64,000 nt of DNA from Nitrososphaeraceae archaeon (lineage in GTDB: Archaea; Thermoproteota; Nitrososphaeria; Nitrososphaerales; Nitrososphaeraceae): assembly GCA_035250975.1 (NCBI GenBank), contig DATFEP010000047.1, forward strand, positions 18,963-82,962, written 5' to 3'. Made by a program: the position numbers and the translations under genes. Positions 21,666 to 32,731 of this stretch are shown one piece after another. Below the pieces are notes generated by a model. The model had not been told where the DNA came from. It worked only from the letters and a program-made list of their open reading frames with translations, and did no database searches. Positions within the stretch are counted from its first letter, which is position 1, and each line of letters opens with the position of its first letter.

Positions 21666-22976
21666 CTATTTGAATATACACGATCCTGGAAATGGTTTTT
21701 CTATTCGAGGAATGTAAAATATACCACAAGCTTGAACATGTAACAATTTATCAATTCCTTTGAATTGGGAGTTTCCACCAAAAGATGTATTTCCCATCCA
21801 ATTAGGATCGGTTAGTATAAAGAGCAGTCGGGCTGGGTCATTCTGAAAGCTTATGAAATTTAGTCCTACCTTAAGAAATTTTTTACATGAATAGTTTGAT
21901 TCAATGAAATCAAACCCCTGCCTATAAATACGTCTAGAAGGTACTAATTTACTGTTAATTTTATCAAAATGTCGTGTTCTTCCTATGTGACTTTCATTAA
22001 GAACTTTAAAAGATTTATTTATATCTATTTTATTCATAATCTCCTTTGATAATAATTGAGGAGCTTTGAAAAAATCTGGATGATCATGGTATCCCGTATT
22101 ATATACTGTAACTTTTTGAGCAGTAGGAAATTTTTTTGAGATTATAGGATTATTATTTTTATCAACGCCAATTAGTGGACGACCATCTAATTTTTCTCTT
22201 CCAATAATTAATTCTTGTTTAGATCTATTAATGGAATCCCAAAGATCCAAATCGATCTCAATTCTAAGAAAAGCCATATAAGTTCCATTTTCTGTCCAAA
22301 AATCTCTAGGCAATAATTCATTGTTTTCTTTATGAATCGCTATCACATTTCTTCGTTCTTTTCCACGTCTCATATTTGAAACTTCATCATGAAACCCTAA
22401 CCAACTGCGACCATCGTCTCTCTGAAAACCCGTAAAAAATTTTGAAAAAATTAATGGGTTTTTTGGTAACGCATTGTGTCTTAGGTTCTTACACGTTTCC
22501 ACTAGGGCACGATATACAGCCAATTGTTTGTTTGCAACAAATTGAACAAATATATCTTCATCCAGCCCTAAATTTTCGTGAATATCTTTAGAATAAGATA
22601 GATGTGAACCTTCAAGTATATATCCACCACCATTTTTTTTTGGAGGACAAAATTGACTGTTATTAAAATCCCTTGGAATCGATTTTTTTATGTCATTTAA
22701 TTTGAAAATGTTCTGACCAAAGCCTAATGTCACTGAAAGAGAACCGTGTGGAACTCTTTGGTCTGGTAAATCTTTAATAATCCCCTTTTTCAAATTTTGA
22801 TACATTAACCATAGATTTTCTAATGATTGAAAAACTTGATCTATAGTTGATTTTTTTCTTATTTTGAAAAATAAAATAGCAAAAGTGTGATTATAAGTAT
22901 CTTTATTATTTCTAAATGACTTGGAATTAAATATATTATTATTATAAAATATACCATCTTGAAGTTTTCTACCCAT
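21666..22976 (-). CDS. Dye-decolorizing (DyP-type) peroxidase
   Basis: GFHDEVSN (GxxDG variant), SHIGR proximal His, IYRQG distal Arg, GLNFISFQ. Confidence 0.85.
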   Translation of the reverse strand: MGRKLQDGIFYNNNIFNSKSFRNNKDTYNHTFAILFFKIRKKSTIDQVFQSLENLWLMYQNLKKGIIKDLPDQRVPHGSLSVTLGFGQNIFKLNDIKKSIPRDFNNSQFCPPKKNGGGYILEGSHLSYSKDIHENLGLDEDIFVQFVANKQLAVYRALVETCKNLRHNALPKNPLIFSKFFTGFQRDDGRSWLGFHDEVSNMRRGKERRNVIAIHKENNELLPRDFWTENGTYMAFLRIEIDLDLWDSINRSKQELIIGREKLDGRPLIGVDKNNNPIISKKFPTAQKVTVYNTGYHDHPDFFKAPQLLSKEIMNKIDINKSFKVLNESHIGRTRHFDKINSKLVPSRRIYRQGFDFIESNYSCKKFLKVGLNFISFQNDPARLLFILTDPNWMGNTSFGGNSQFKGIDKLLHVQACGIFYIPRIEKPFPGSCIFK

Positions 22977-23123
22977 AAGTTACTGATTTATCTGGAAATT
23001 ATTATTCTTAATAAATTTTTACTCTATTTATGTGAATATAGAAGCTAACTATGATACCATATTTTTTCTTCTACAACGTAATAATGATTATATAAAAATA
23101 GTTTTAAATGTAAATATTTAGCA

Positions 23124-23136
23124 GAAAACCTTTAAG
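23124..23136 (+). promoter_or_regulatory. Archaeal BRE-TATA promoter, probably leaderless
   Basis: GAAAACC-TTTAAG, TATA 25-30 nt upstream of ATG 23161. Confidence 0.5.
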
Positions 23137-23160
23137 CTTTCAACTAGTTTATTAAAGATC

Positions 23161-23856
23161 ATGAAATTGGACATTGTTCATCCCACAGAAAATTTTAGAG
23201 GTATGTCTTATGGTGATTGGATAGCAGCTTGGCATCAATGGTTATTATCTGATAATCCTAGCTATAATGGTGAGAATATTCTATTCCTTAGAGGAAATGT
23301 TGATTATAGACCGTTTGGTGGTAAGGAAGATGGTCCAAGGTATTTAGATCCCAAAGCTGTATATGATAGAACACAAGACAAGGGAGAGACGATTGATGAA
23401 TCTACTGCAGTACTTGTTGCAATTCTTACATCGCAATATCACATAGGAGATTTTTATAATGGAAGAAAAATAACTAGTATCCCTTATCTTCGATACGTTG
23501 CAAATAAAGACACGGATGGTAGTTCAATATGGGCTACGATCACGAAAAAAGGCAATAATACTACTAAGATAGTTTCGGATCTTAAAGAATATAGATTTGA
23601 ATCCCCTCTTTATTCACTTTCAGTCCCTAAAAATAGTAAATTAAGAACAAAAATAGATTATCCACCGAAACCAGGAAATTATCTTGCAATAACTGTGGGC
23701 TATTTTGTATTAATAAAATCTCTCAGTATGGGAACATATAGAATTAAATTTGGAGGGAGTAATGTTAATGCCTACCACACAAATTCAGTATATGATATAT
23801 ACGTTGAAAAAAAAAGAAAGGATAATGTTATTGATAAATCAGGCAATCTAAAATAA
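23161..23856 (+). CDS. Uncharacterised family protein, paralog A
   Basis: YGDWIAAWHQW ... GYFVLIKSLSMGTYRIKF, shared with three neighbours. Confidence 0.85.
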   Translation: MKLDIVHPTENFRGMSYGDWIAAWHQWLLSDNPSYNGENILFLRGNVDYRPFGGKEDGPRYLDPKAVYDRTQDKGETIDESTAVLVAILTSQYHIGDFYNGRKITSIPYLRYVANKDTDGSSIWATITKKGNNTTKIVSDLKEYRFESPLYSLSVPKNSKLRTKIDYPPKPGNYLAITVGYFVLIKSLSMGTYRIKFGGSNVNAYHTNSVYDIYVEKKRKDNVIDKSGNLK

Positions 23857-23918
23857 CTATAATATTAAAAGATTTAATGAGTATAAGTAGCTAGTTATAA
23901 TTGTTATAGGTACTTATT

Positions 23919-24068
23919 GATCCATCAAAATGAGCATCTTGAGGAAATTTGAGCTCAAACGCATTGGTAACAAAATTTGTATATACATATGTAGACAACT
24001 TTATCACCAGCTAATTTTACAGATAAATGAATAACACTTTCCTGATCCTCGGTTGATAATTCTTTAAT
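23919..24068 (-). pseudogene. Decayed fragment of a fifth paralog of the same family
   Basis: IKELSTEDQESVIHLSVKLAG, then after a frameshift TNAFELKFPQDAHFD; aligns to EANKDQAGIVPSSLSLELDG and GQFTVNFPPQDAIFN. Confidence 0.5.
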
Positions 24069-24154
24069 TTACGAATTGATTGATTTTATGTTTTCTATTC
24101 TACATAATACAATGGATTTATTATTCTAACTCACAACCATAAAAAAAAGTAAGG

Positions 24155-24793
24155 TTATCGAACATTGATATTATATGTTATATCTTCACTAAAATCATTT
24201 TCAACTGCAGGTCCCTCAACATCTAGCTTTCCACGATGTTTTACAGTATGTTTTCCTGGGGAAAGTGGTTCTGTCCATACATATCTACCTGCTGCAACAG
24301 CATTACATGGACCTGACCTATTATTAGTATTGAAAATAGCATCTTGTGGAGGGAAGTTAACTGTGAATTGACCTATGTCATTAGGATTAATGTTATATCT
24401 ATTAAGTTCATTAATGTCGATCGAGGAACCATCTAGCTCAAGACTTAAAGAGGAGGGAACTATACCGGCTTGATCTTTATTAGCTTCTCCAACTAAGGGA
24501 CTAGACGTTTCAAATTCTGAAACTTCTACTGGGACTACAGGTATAAACAGCCCTTTACCGCTGGGAACTTCAATATCTCTTGTTACTGCTGTTTGGGGAT
24601 CCACAGAAGAACTTAACATATACAAATCTGCATTAACGCTCTTATTAAAAGAGTCATCTTTGCTTCCGGTATTCTGCCAAGCAGGATTTTGACTCTTAGG
24701 TGTCTGACATAGAGCTTGCCAATATATTTTGGCAAATTCTTTTAATGTTTTACCATTTACAGTTCCATCTGATGGAATAATTTTTATAGCCAT
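24155..24793 (-). CDS. Uncharacterised family protein, paralog B
   Basis: YWQALCQTPKSQNP, GLFIPV, GRYVWTEPLSPGKHTV, DITYNI. Confidence 0.85.
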   Translation of the reverse strand: MAIKIIPSDGTVNGKTLKEFAKIYWQALCQTPKSQNPAWQNTGSKDDSFNKSVNADLYMLSSSVDPQTAVTRDIEVPSGKGLFIPVVPVEVSEFETSSPLVGEANKDQAGIVPSSLSLELDGSSIDINELNRYNINPNDIGQFTVNFPPQDAIFNTNNRSGPCNAVAAGRYVWTEPLSPGKHTVKHRGKLDVEGPAVENDFSEDITYNINVR

Positions 24794-25640
24794 GTCTATT
24801 ATTTTATAAAGATATTAATAAATATTGTTGTAAAATTTATAAAATGAACAAAAATACGGTTATTTTACCAAAAATTTCCTTCAGCTGGTAAATGTGTACT
24901 ATTATAGATGCTTTCGCAATAGACAAGTTTAAAGCTTTATTCCTCTTTTTACATAATAATTTCTGAAAATTACTAAATTATATAGTTTATCCAAAAAACA
25001 AATTATTGTTTAGATTCTTTACTGAATTAGAATTATCTGAATTTAATAATTTGTAATGGAATATAATAAAATTATCCAAAATATGAGATAAAATACCAAT
25101 CAGAAAGAAAGGAGGGAACAAGAAATGTAGAAGCTAGTCGACATTATAGACATACAATAAGAGACATATTTCTCTATTTTACACTCTTACAAGTACCTAT
25201 GTGGTATATTGTCCAATCAGTATGTTATTACAGATACTATAGTCTTATCATTATTTTGTTTATTGTAGAACACGATTAAATATCTCTTTTCTATATTTAC
25301 CGCCAGTTTTCCAAATAAGTACATCCTCATATCCTGATGGTATAAAACTAAACCAACGCAGGTTCTTTATAACAAGAATGTAATTTATTCACAGTTCTAT
25401 TTACTAACTGCAACATATATCGATATTTTTGTTAAATTGGTTTGAAATCAATGCTATCGTATGTACTGGTTTTCTAAACTTTAGAAAATGGACTATTTAA
25501 TTAGAACATATGCTCAATGATTTTACAAATCTTTTTACCCGTTTTGTTATTTTAGATTATATCATTATAATTTCATCCCTAAATTATAAATGTCTATCAA
25601 TGTTTGAATATTTTTGTAATAAATGGGTTGTTGATTAGTA

Positions 25641-26348
25641 ATGATATTCAATGTCATAAGCAACAAATTTCAGTTGAAATTTAAAGATAGAGAATCTTCT
25701 GGCAATATCCTAGGTGAAGCATTAAAGGATATAATCAAAAAAGATGAAAGAAAAAATACGCTTGTGTTGGGTATTCCTCGAGGTGGAGTAATAACTGCAG
25801 ACATTATCGCAAGGAAGTTACATTGCGAATTTGATATAATTATACCTAGGAAGCTTCGTGCACCATCTAACGAAGAGCTTGCAATAGGTGCGATATTGGG
25901 AGATGGTACTACCTACCTCAATGAAATCATAGTTAAAAATCTAGAAATATCTCCAAAATATATTCAGGATGAAAAATTACATCAATTAGAAGAAATAAAA
26001 CGTAGAGCTTCTCTATACTGCTTTGGCAATAGAGAATTTACAAAGTCCGGTAACCTAAATTTTGACAACAAAACTGTTATTTTAGTAGATGATGGAGCTG
26101 CCACAGGAGCTACTGTTATTGTAGCAGTTAGATGGATAAGAGCAAATACAAATCCACATCGTTTTATACTTGCTATTCCTATAGCGCCAAAATATACTGT
26201 AAATTTATTAAAAGGTGAGAACATTGACCACATTGAAGTTATTACATGTCCTGATTTGAATTTTAAATCATTAGAACAATATTATAATAATTTTAGCCAA
26301 GTTACAGATAGACAAGTTATTGATATCATTACCAGTTATAAGAAATAA
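25641..26348 (+). CDS. Phosphoribosyltransferase family protein
   Basis: FKDR, GIPRGG, PRPP loop VILVDDGAATGAT. Confidence 0.92.
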   Translation: MIFNVISNKFQLKFKDRESSGNILGEALKDIIKKDERKNTLVLGIPRGGVITADIIARKLHCEFDIIIPRKLRAPSNEELAIGAILGDGTTYLNEIIVKNLEISPKYIQDEKLHQLEEIKRRASLYCFGNREFTKSGNLNFDNKTVILVDDGAATGATVIVAVRWIRANTNPHRFILAIPIAPKYTVNLLKGENIDHIEVITCPDLNFKSLEQYYNNFSQVTDRQVIDIITSYKK

Positions 26349-27038
26349 GCTGATCAAGTAGATTATGTCTATTTATATTTAGTCTCAAATGGACATTATT
26401 ATTCAATGGATATTATTATTTACATCTATTAATGTATACGGTTCAGACAAGTTCAAAATCTCTCTTTTAGTAATTCTCAATGTATTATGCTGACAATCCT
26501 TATGTTGTATATAGACTGAATCCTACATTATATTTTTTTATAACCAGTTCCTTTTAACTATGTCACCACAACTGTTACGAAAAAGAAGCGAGATCTCTGC
26601 TCTGCTCTCGGACCCTCCGAAGATATTTTTTGTCGTTCCATTCTTCTTTAATTGTGTTGGTTAACTCGTAGTAAAAATCCTTTCACGCTTAGACTGTTAA
26701 TCATTACAAATACTGATTCAAGAATAGATTCGGTCATAAGCCTAATAAGAAATCTTTATTAATTTGAATATTATTAAAACTACAATGAGAAAATTATTAG
26801 CAACAATTAAGGCATTTTGTAGCGGTAGAGTGTCTGTAGATTTAGTGGATAAAACTCATATTTCAAGAACACCTGGCGATGTAACAAATGTTGGTCATAA
26901 CTGATTTATATAGGTAGAACATACCTATGCAACATAATTTTTCATTAGAACTAAAAGCTTTTAATTATAATTTTTGACTTGCATACGAGATGACGACTAA
27001 AATTTCAATTAATCTAATCTCGATAAAAATGATTTTCT

Positions 27039-28460
27039 CTACCTATTCTGAATTTTCTGATAATGTTTTTTTGCTCTTCTTCCCATAAATAAGTCTGTAC
27101 TGGTAAATAATTTTGCAATTTCAAAAGTTTCAAGACCCGGTACTATTGCTCTTACAACTGGTATTCCAATATCACTGTTAGTCAAATCAACAATTATAGC
27201 CCTCTTCAATCCTGCCTTCTTTAACCGATTTAAAACAAGTTTGATATCATCTCGGATATCTTTTTTTACATATGTTTCAATTTCCGAAAACCTAATAGTT
27301 TTGTTGTTATTTTTGTAAGTGTTTGATGATGATGTGGACATGAATTCCCATTTTCTTTTGTATATCTCGTCCTTATCTCTATACTGTATTTTTTTAAAAT
27401 CATCTCTTGCACCTTGAATATTAGCTGCTCTTGTTTGTGAAAGTTCTGTTATCGCGCGTATCAGCGCAATTCTAGAATCAAGATGTGTTCCATAACCTTT
27501 AGCGAAATATCCATAATCGCTAGTTATCCATTCAACACTACTTGCAACGAATGTAGGAATACCAATATCTTTTTGTGTGATATCTTTTATCAATAAAGAA
27601 ATATTAGCATCAATAAATCTTTTGACTAAAAATTTAATAGGTTTAAACTCGTCTGCAATTTCAGAAATATTGACATTAGGGTAAATGCTTGAATCGTCCA
27701 CAAACTTATCTTCAGGAATTTGTTCAATTAGACATACATTATATTCTTTTCTTAATGATTTTAGTATATTTTCTAATATGCTATATGGTATGGAAGATGA
27801 ACACAAATCAGCTATACTTACGGCGTCTCTCTCAATAACTTCAAATAATGCGTGACATATAGCTTCTTCCAGTACATTACCCGATGCAAGCCCGTTAGTA
27901 TGAGAATATAAAAATGCGTTAGTAGACGGAGGTTTTGCAGAAAATTTTGATAATACAAGTTGGGCTGGAACCAAAATCTCTTCATTGTTTAGCAGATCAA
28001 ACCCTGGCAGATAATCGATAATTGATTCTTTGTCATTATAGGTTGGTACAATAGCTTCTATTACCTCATTAGGATGCAATACCTTTTTATATATTTTTGA
28101 TAAGTCTAAATAAGTTCCCTGAATAAAATTTTTGGAAAGGGTACTGGGCAGAGAAAAATATCTTTCTATTGATTCCATTAAAGCACTAACTATTGCATGC
28201 ATTTTTGTTGGTCCTTTGCCGCTGTATACCCATATTGAGTCTTCTGTATCAGGCAATATTGCACTATAGTTAGGTATGTACAACTTGTCCAGAAAAGTAA
28301 TATCTGAAATTCTTGTAATACCAATCTTTCTACAGATTGGAATAATTTGAGTTAGAGTATCCTCCAGTGACTTGACTCTTGTTGATGCATTACCATCGTC
28401 TGGAGTATATTTTTTTACACTCCTAAGATGTATTGACGATGATAAGGATGACTTCAACAT
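27039..28460 (-). CDS. ycaO: YcaO-like protein (TfuA-associated type by sequence)
   Basis: GITRISDIT, SGKG, SALMESIER, TNGLASGN, EVIERDA, TELSQTR, VVRAIVPGLE. Confidence 0.93.
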   Translation of the reverse strand: MLKSSLSSSIHLRSVKKYTPDDGNASTRVKSLEDTLTQIIPICRKIGITRISDITFLDKLYIPNYSAILPDTEDSIWVYSGKGPTKMHAIVSALMESIERYFSLPSTLSKNFIQGTYLDLSKIYKKVLHPNEVIEAIVPTYNDKESIIDYLPGFDLLNNEEILVPAQLVLSKFSAKPPSTNAFLYSHTNGLASGNVLEEAICHALFEVIERDAVSIADLCSSSIPYSILENILKSLRKEYNVCLIEQIPEDKFVDDSSIYPNVNISEIADEFKPIKFLVKRFIDANISLLIKDITQKDIGIPTFVASSVEWITSDYGYFAKGYGTHLDSRIALIRAITELSQTRAANIQGARDDFKKIQYRDKDEIYKRKWEFMSTSSSNTYKNNNKTIRFSEIETYVKKDIRDDIKLVLNRLKKAGLKRAIIVDLTNSDIGIPVVRAIVPGLETFEIAKLFTSTDLFMGRRAKKHYQKIQNR

Positions 28461-28894
28461 CGTTAATGTTAGAATAATTCGGTTCTTATCAATTTTGCTG
28501 TTCTAGATTTGTTTTAATTAGAAATATTATTATGGAAATAATATCTCTCAAATTATAGTCAAAAAAAGATTGAGATCATATCAAATACTAGAACAAAAGA
28601 TTTTACAAATCTACATAACCTGTATTAAGAATTAATGTTATATAGAATATCATACAATTCTGGAAATAACTCAAGTGCTTTTTATCTCAGAATCGTTGTA
28701 TATCCAAATTATATCTTAAGAAATCACATTCCAAGCATGCCTAAAATTTTTAATTCTTAACCAATATCAATCATATGAGGACCATACAACAAGGGAATAG
28801 TTCAAGATGGCATAATGCATTCTAAACTAGTGATATTTTGGGCACAATGGTAAAAGACGATTTTTGTGAATTAGATTGACTTACTTTATGATTT

Positions 28895-30262
28895 CTATTT
28901 CTTTTCGTTACCCTTCTTTGAATAGTAAAGTTCATTCAATACATCATGTAATATTTTCTTTACAGTCTCTTCTTCCAACTGTGGTTCCTCAATTCTTTTT
29001 GACAAGCTAGAACGTTGTTGCAAAAATTTTATTTTGTCTTCAAATTGTTTTTCCATCTGTGACACTCCGATATTCTTTAAAAGACTGAGCTGGCTTTCGG
29101 CGCTCTTGTAAAATTCTTTCCTCAGTTTGGCATCCTGCGATATATGTTGGGCTGAGGTAAAAATTCCAAAAAGAAGAAGATACGCACCTAGCGGTAAAAA
29201 TGCTTCTGTTATAAGTCCATATGGTGGATAGATGTGACTTCGCAATGGTGCTATTTCAATGGAAGAAAAAAGTATCAACATACCGATGGAACATATAAGA
29301 AGAGATTTGTAAACTCGATCATGGTGAATTAATGAAGAAGCAGTCCAAAAAGATAGACTGAATAATAATGCCCCAACTTGTTTTGTAGCGCTAAAGATTA
29401 GAACATATATTATGCTAAAAACCACGGGAGAGGATAGTAACAAGACGAAAAATACGTCTCCAAAATAATTCTGAAAAGGAAACATATAATATATCAATGG
29501 TATGCTCATCAGTGAGAAAAATCTTATTCGACCCATCTTATGTCGATACTGACCCAGAAGTATCGCTGTAGCTACCCACATAAGTAAGAATGAAGAAAGA
29601 GACAGAATATCATATACTACGGATAATGATTCAGTAATTGGTGACCCCGGAAGGTTTACTATATATGAAGTGATAGGATACGGTTTTACATCGGGTAATG
29701 TTGAAAATGAAAAATACGATTCAATATATATGAGAGAGACCACAAGGTTGACAGAAGCGAGTGAGAAGGCTATGGTATACAACATGATTATATAATTTCT
29801 TTTGGAAGTTAACCAACCTACAAACATAAAAACTAGGAACGAGAGAAATATCAATGCGGAAAGATAACTAAGATACGTTTGGACCTCTAACAAAATGAGA
29901 CTGTATTTATTTAGAAATAACATTTGGACAATAATAATTAATATGATGGAGCCAGTCAAGATCATAGTAACACTAACCATCATTTGAAGATACCTAAGAC
30001 TTAGCGGCATTGCCTGGTATGAGTCTCTTGAGGTAATCTTTCTCACATAATTCAGCAGGATGGGACTACTTATTAGAAACAGTATGGAAAAGATGAGAAA
30101 AATCCCAACATTTAGCCACATCGGGATCCTGACTCCACTGTACGAAGAAAAGTCTACAATCGTTGATTCAAATACCATAACAGTTGTGAAAATTAAAATG
30201 AAGAAAAGTGAGCTTCTTTTAGTTAGCTCTACAGTGGCTAAACTAATAATTTTTTCCTTCAT
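28895..30262 (-). CDS. Multi-pass membrane protein with helical cytoplasmic C-terminus
   Basis: About 10 hydrophobic segments; charged tail DAKLRKEFYKSAESQLSLLKNIG. Confidence 0.85.
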   Translation of the reverse strand: MKEKIISLATVELTKRSSLFFILIFTTVMVFESTIVDFSSYSGVRIPMWLNVGIFLIFSILFLISSPILLNYVRKITSRDSYQAMPLSLRYLQMMVSVTMILTGSIILIIIVQMLFLNKYSLILLEVQTYLSYLSALIFLSFLVFMFVGWLTSKRNYIIMLYTIAFSLASVNLVVSLIYIESYFSFSTLPDVKPYPITSYIVNLPGSPITESLSVVYDILSLSSFLLMWVATAILLGQYRHKMGRIRFFSLMSIPLIYYMFPFQNYFGDVFFVLLLSSPVVFSIIYVLIFSATKQVGALLFSLSFWTASSLIHHDRVYKSLLICSIGMLILFSSIEIAPLRSHIYPPYGLITEAFLPLGAYLLLFGIFTSAQHISQDAKLRKEFYKSAESQLSLLKNIGVSQMEKQFEDKIKFLQQRSSLSKRIEEPQLEEETVKKILHDVLNELYYSKKGNEKK

Positions 30263-30375
30263 TTTACGAAATAGAATATCTTAGCAAGCTGCTATATAAA
30301 TAAGAATCGTATTCCACTAGTTTAGGTTATCGAAAATAATAATAATAACAGGAACATTAATGATTTAATAAATCC

Positions 30376-31188
30376 ATGAATAGCAATAGCATCTTTTGTA
30401 CGGTTAAGAAACTTGGGGGATCAAATTTTATCTTCAGCACATTCTTGCTTTTCTCAATTTTTTTTGCAATTTTTGGACTCAATAGTGTATATGCGACAAT
30501 TGAACTGTTTTCAAAAGACGAGAAACCATTTGCCGTACCTTATGATGATTGGGTTTCCAGATATTTTAATTGGGACTTTTCTATGAATATAGATGAATTT
30601 ACTCCAAAACTGGACGGATGCATTATCGATAAATCAGCTGAAATGGTTATGCTACTGAACACGATAGCTGATGGATCTATTCATCAGGTATGTGAGATCT
30701 CGCCTAAACAGGGGATCATGATACCCATGTGGATCGCATGGTGCGACATGGGAACTGATCGACCACATATTCAAAATCCGAATTTTAATCTAGATGAACA
30801 ATTAACGAAATGTGCGAGAGAAGTATACAACTTAGGAAACATAAGATCAGAAGTCAAGGTGGATGGAGTTCGAGTTGCCAATCTTGACGTAAAACTGTCT
30901 TCCGCATCCGGATCATTGGATTATAAGATAAATTCTCTAACTAACGTTACCGAATTATATACAGGGGGATTTAACGTTACCCTGCCATCTGATACCCATC
31001 AAGCAGGTGTTGAACCAGGTACATGGCGAGCAGGAAGTCATGGATGGTGGGTCTTTCTAAAGCCACTTCCTCCCGGAGAGCATACAATATCTTACAACGT
31101 TCGTATAACTCCAACAGGTGCCCTCACTTCAGCTGGTACTAGTCCACATTTCGCAGATATTACATACTCTCTTCAAGTAGTGAAGTAA
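30376..31188 (+). CDS. Uncharacterised family protein, paralog C (exported)
   Basis: Signal/anchor segment ending SVYA; [33 protein letters not shown]. Confidence 0.88.
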   Translation: MNSNSIFCTVKKLGGSNFIFSTFLLFSIFFAIFGLNSVYATIELFSKDEKPFAVPYDDWVSRYFNWDFSMNIDEFTPKLDGCIIDKSAEMVMLLNTIADGSIHQVCEISPKQGIMIPMWIAWCDMGTDRPHIQNPNFNLDEQLTKCAREVYNLGNIRSEVKVDGVRVANLDVKLSSASGSLDYKINSLTNVTELYTGGFNVTLPSDTHQAGVEPGTWRAGSHGWWVFLKPLPPGEHTISYNVRITPTGALTSAGTSPHFADITYSLQVVK

Positions 31189-31405
31189 GCGTCCTCGTAA
31201 CACTTTTAATTATCATTTAAATAAAACTACTATGATGTATCTGTTACATATATGATTCCTTATTACTGGATAATAAGCTATATCTATGATCTAAGCTAAT
31301 AAGATCAATTATTAGTTCTTAAATGTAATAAAAGTAGCAGATTATGAATTTTAAACAGAATTAAAACATTTTAGAATATTAAAAATATCACGTCATTACA
31401 ACAGA

Positions 31406-32035
31406 CTAATTACTTTGGATTTTCAGTCTGTAGTCCGCACCAGAAGATAGTCTTCCATTTTCACATGAACCACGAAAAGATAACAAATACTCTCCAGGAG
31501 GCAGAGGTTTCAAAAATATCCAATAGCCGTCAGCACATGCAATGGTATCTCCTCCATTCACGTTATAAACATTATCGCCATTTAGATTAACCTTAAATAT
31601 AAGTGGGTCTGATTTGACACGCTGAGACGGTATGTATCTATCATTTAGAAGACATGTTTTTTGTACGATAGTATTTTCATCTCTCGTTACATGATCTATG
31701 AGATTCTGTTCAGTCTTTAAATCTGGGTATTCAATAGGATTGGCTTCACAGTTAATTACTGGAAATAGAATTGATCTCCCAAATGGTATCATGCAATTTC
31801 TCAAAGGAAAACTTTTATTTTCACTACCAAGTTTTCCAGCTAAAAACCATACATGTTCAGCAGGCTGGTTTACATTAGAATTTGCTCCAGACTCGTCTAC
31901 TAATGGATTACATGACTTCGGAGTTGATAAAACCCATTGCCACCATTTTACTGTCCATTGACCATAAGAAATACCATACGGATAAGATTCGCTACTGAAC
32001 CAAGATATATCTAGCTGAGAATTTTTATCTGTCAT
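31406..32035 (-). CDS. Uncharacterised family protein, paralog D
   Basis: [49 protein letters not shown]. Confidence 0.88.
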   Translation of the reverse strand: MTDKNSQLDISWFSSESYPYGISYGQWTVKWWQWVLSTPKSCNPLVDESGANSNVNQPAEHVWFLAGKLGSENKSFPLRNCMIPFGRSILFPVINCEANPIEYPDLKTEQNLIDHVTRDENTIVQKTCLLNDRYIPSQRVKSDPLIFKVNLNGDNVYNVNGGDTIACADGYWIFLKPLPPGEYLLSFRGSCENGRLSSGADYRLKIQSN

Positions 32036-32731
32036 TATAATAAAGTAAATCTAATAATAATAAATATCTATTTACCGCAAATCACAATAAGCAAAAATGT
32101 GAAACAAAATCAAATATTTAATATAACATATGGATACGAACATCCAAAAAATATTACGATTCTATAATCGGCTTCAATAACAAAGGGTTTCTGTTGGTTA
32201 CATATTAAAAAGCTGTTTACTTAAACTATATTATAAATAAATTCAAATGGCAATAAATACATAATTAGGTACTTTCAATAAAATATATATTAAATCATTT
32301 GATTATCAAAAATAATTTTATCGAGCAATGAATATTTCTGGTCGCTAGAAAGGTTTAAAATAGCTAGATCCATTAATCTCAAAAAGTTGTATAAAGTGTC
32401 AATCTTAAAATTCAAATATCTTATTATTTGAAAGATAGGGAAGATGAACTTGAATTAGAAATATATTTATTTTGATTCAATTTTCCAACAGATCCAATTT
32501 ATGACCTCAATCCTGATGTTATATACTTCGTTGTAAATAATACTTTGTTTTTCTAAAGCCATTATTGGCATTTCAAGAATTGCTAATTTCCGATGTATAC
32601 TATTACTGCATAAAAATGCAGAACGTTGATCCTTCAAGTTAGACATTATATAATCCATTACAGAATAATAGGTCTGATTCAATATCTATCTTCTTTGCAC
32701 TGAATAATAAAGAAATAAATTAAAAAATAAA

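Noticed and set aside
25260-25380. Short open minus-strand frame (LRWFSFIPSGYEDVLIWKTGG)
   Set aside because: No clear start or recognisable family
26575-26737. Possible tfuA remnant downstream of ycaO
   Set aside because: Translations show no TfuA motif that I can recognise
32467-32682. 71-aa ORF
   Set aside because: No motif; cannot distinguish from a chance ORF
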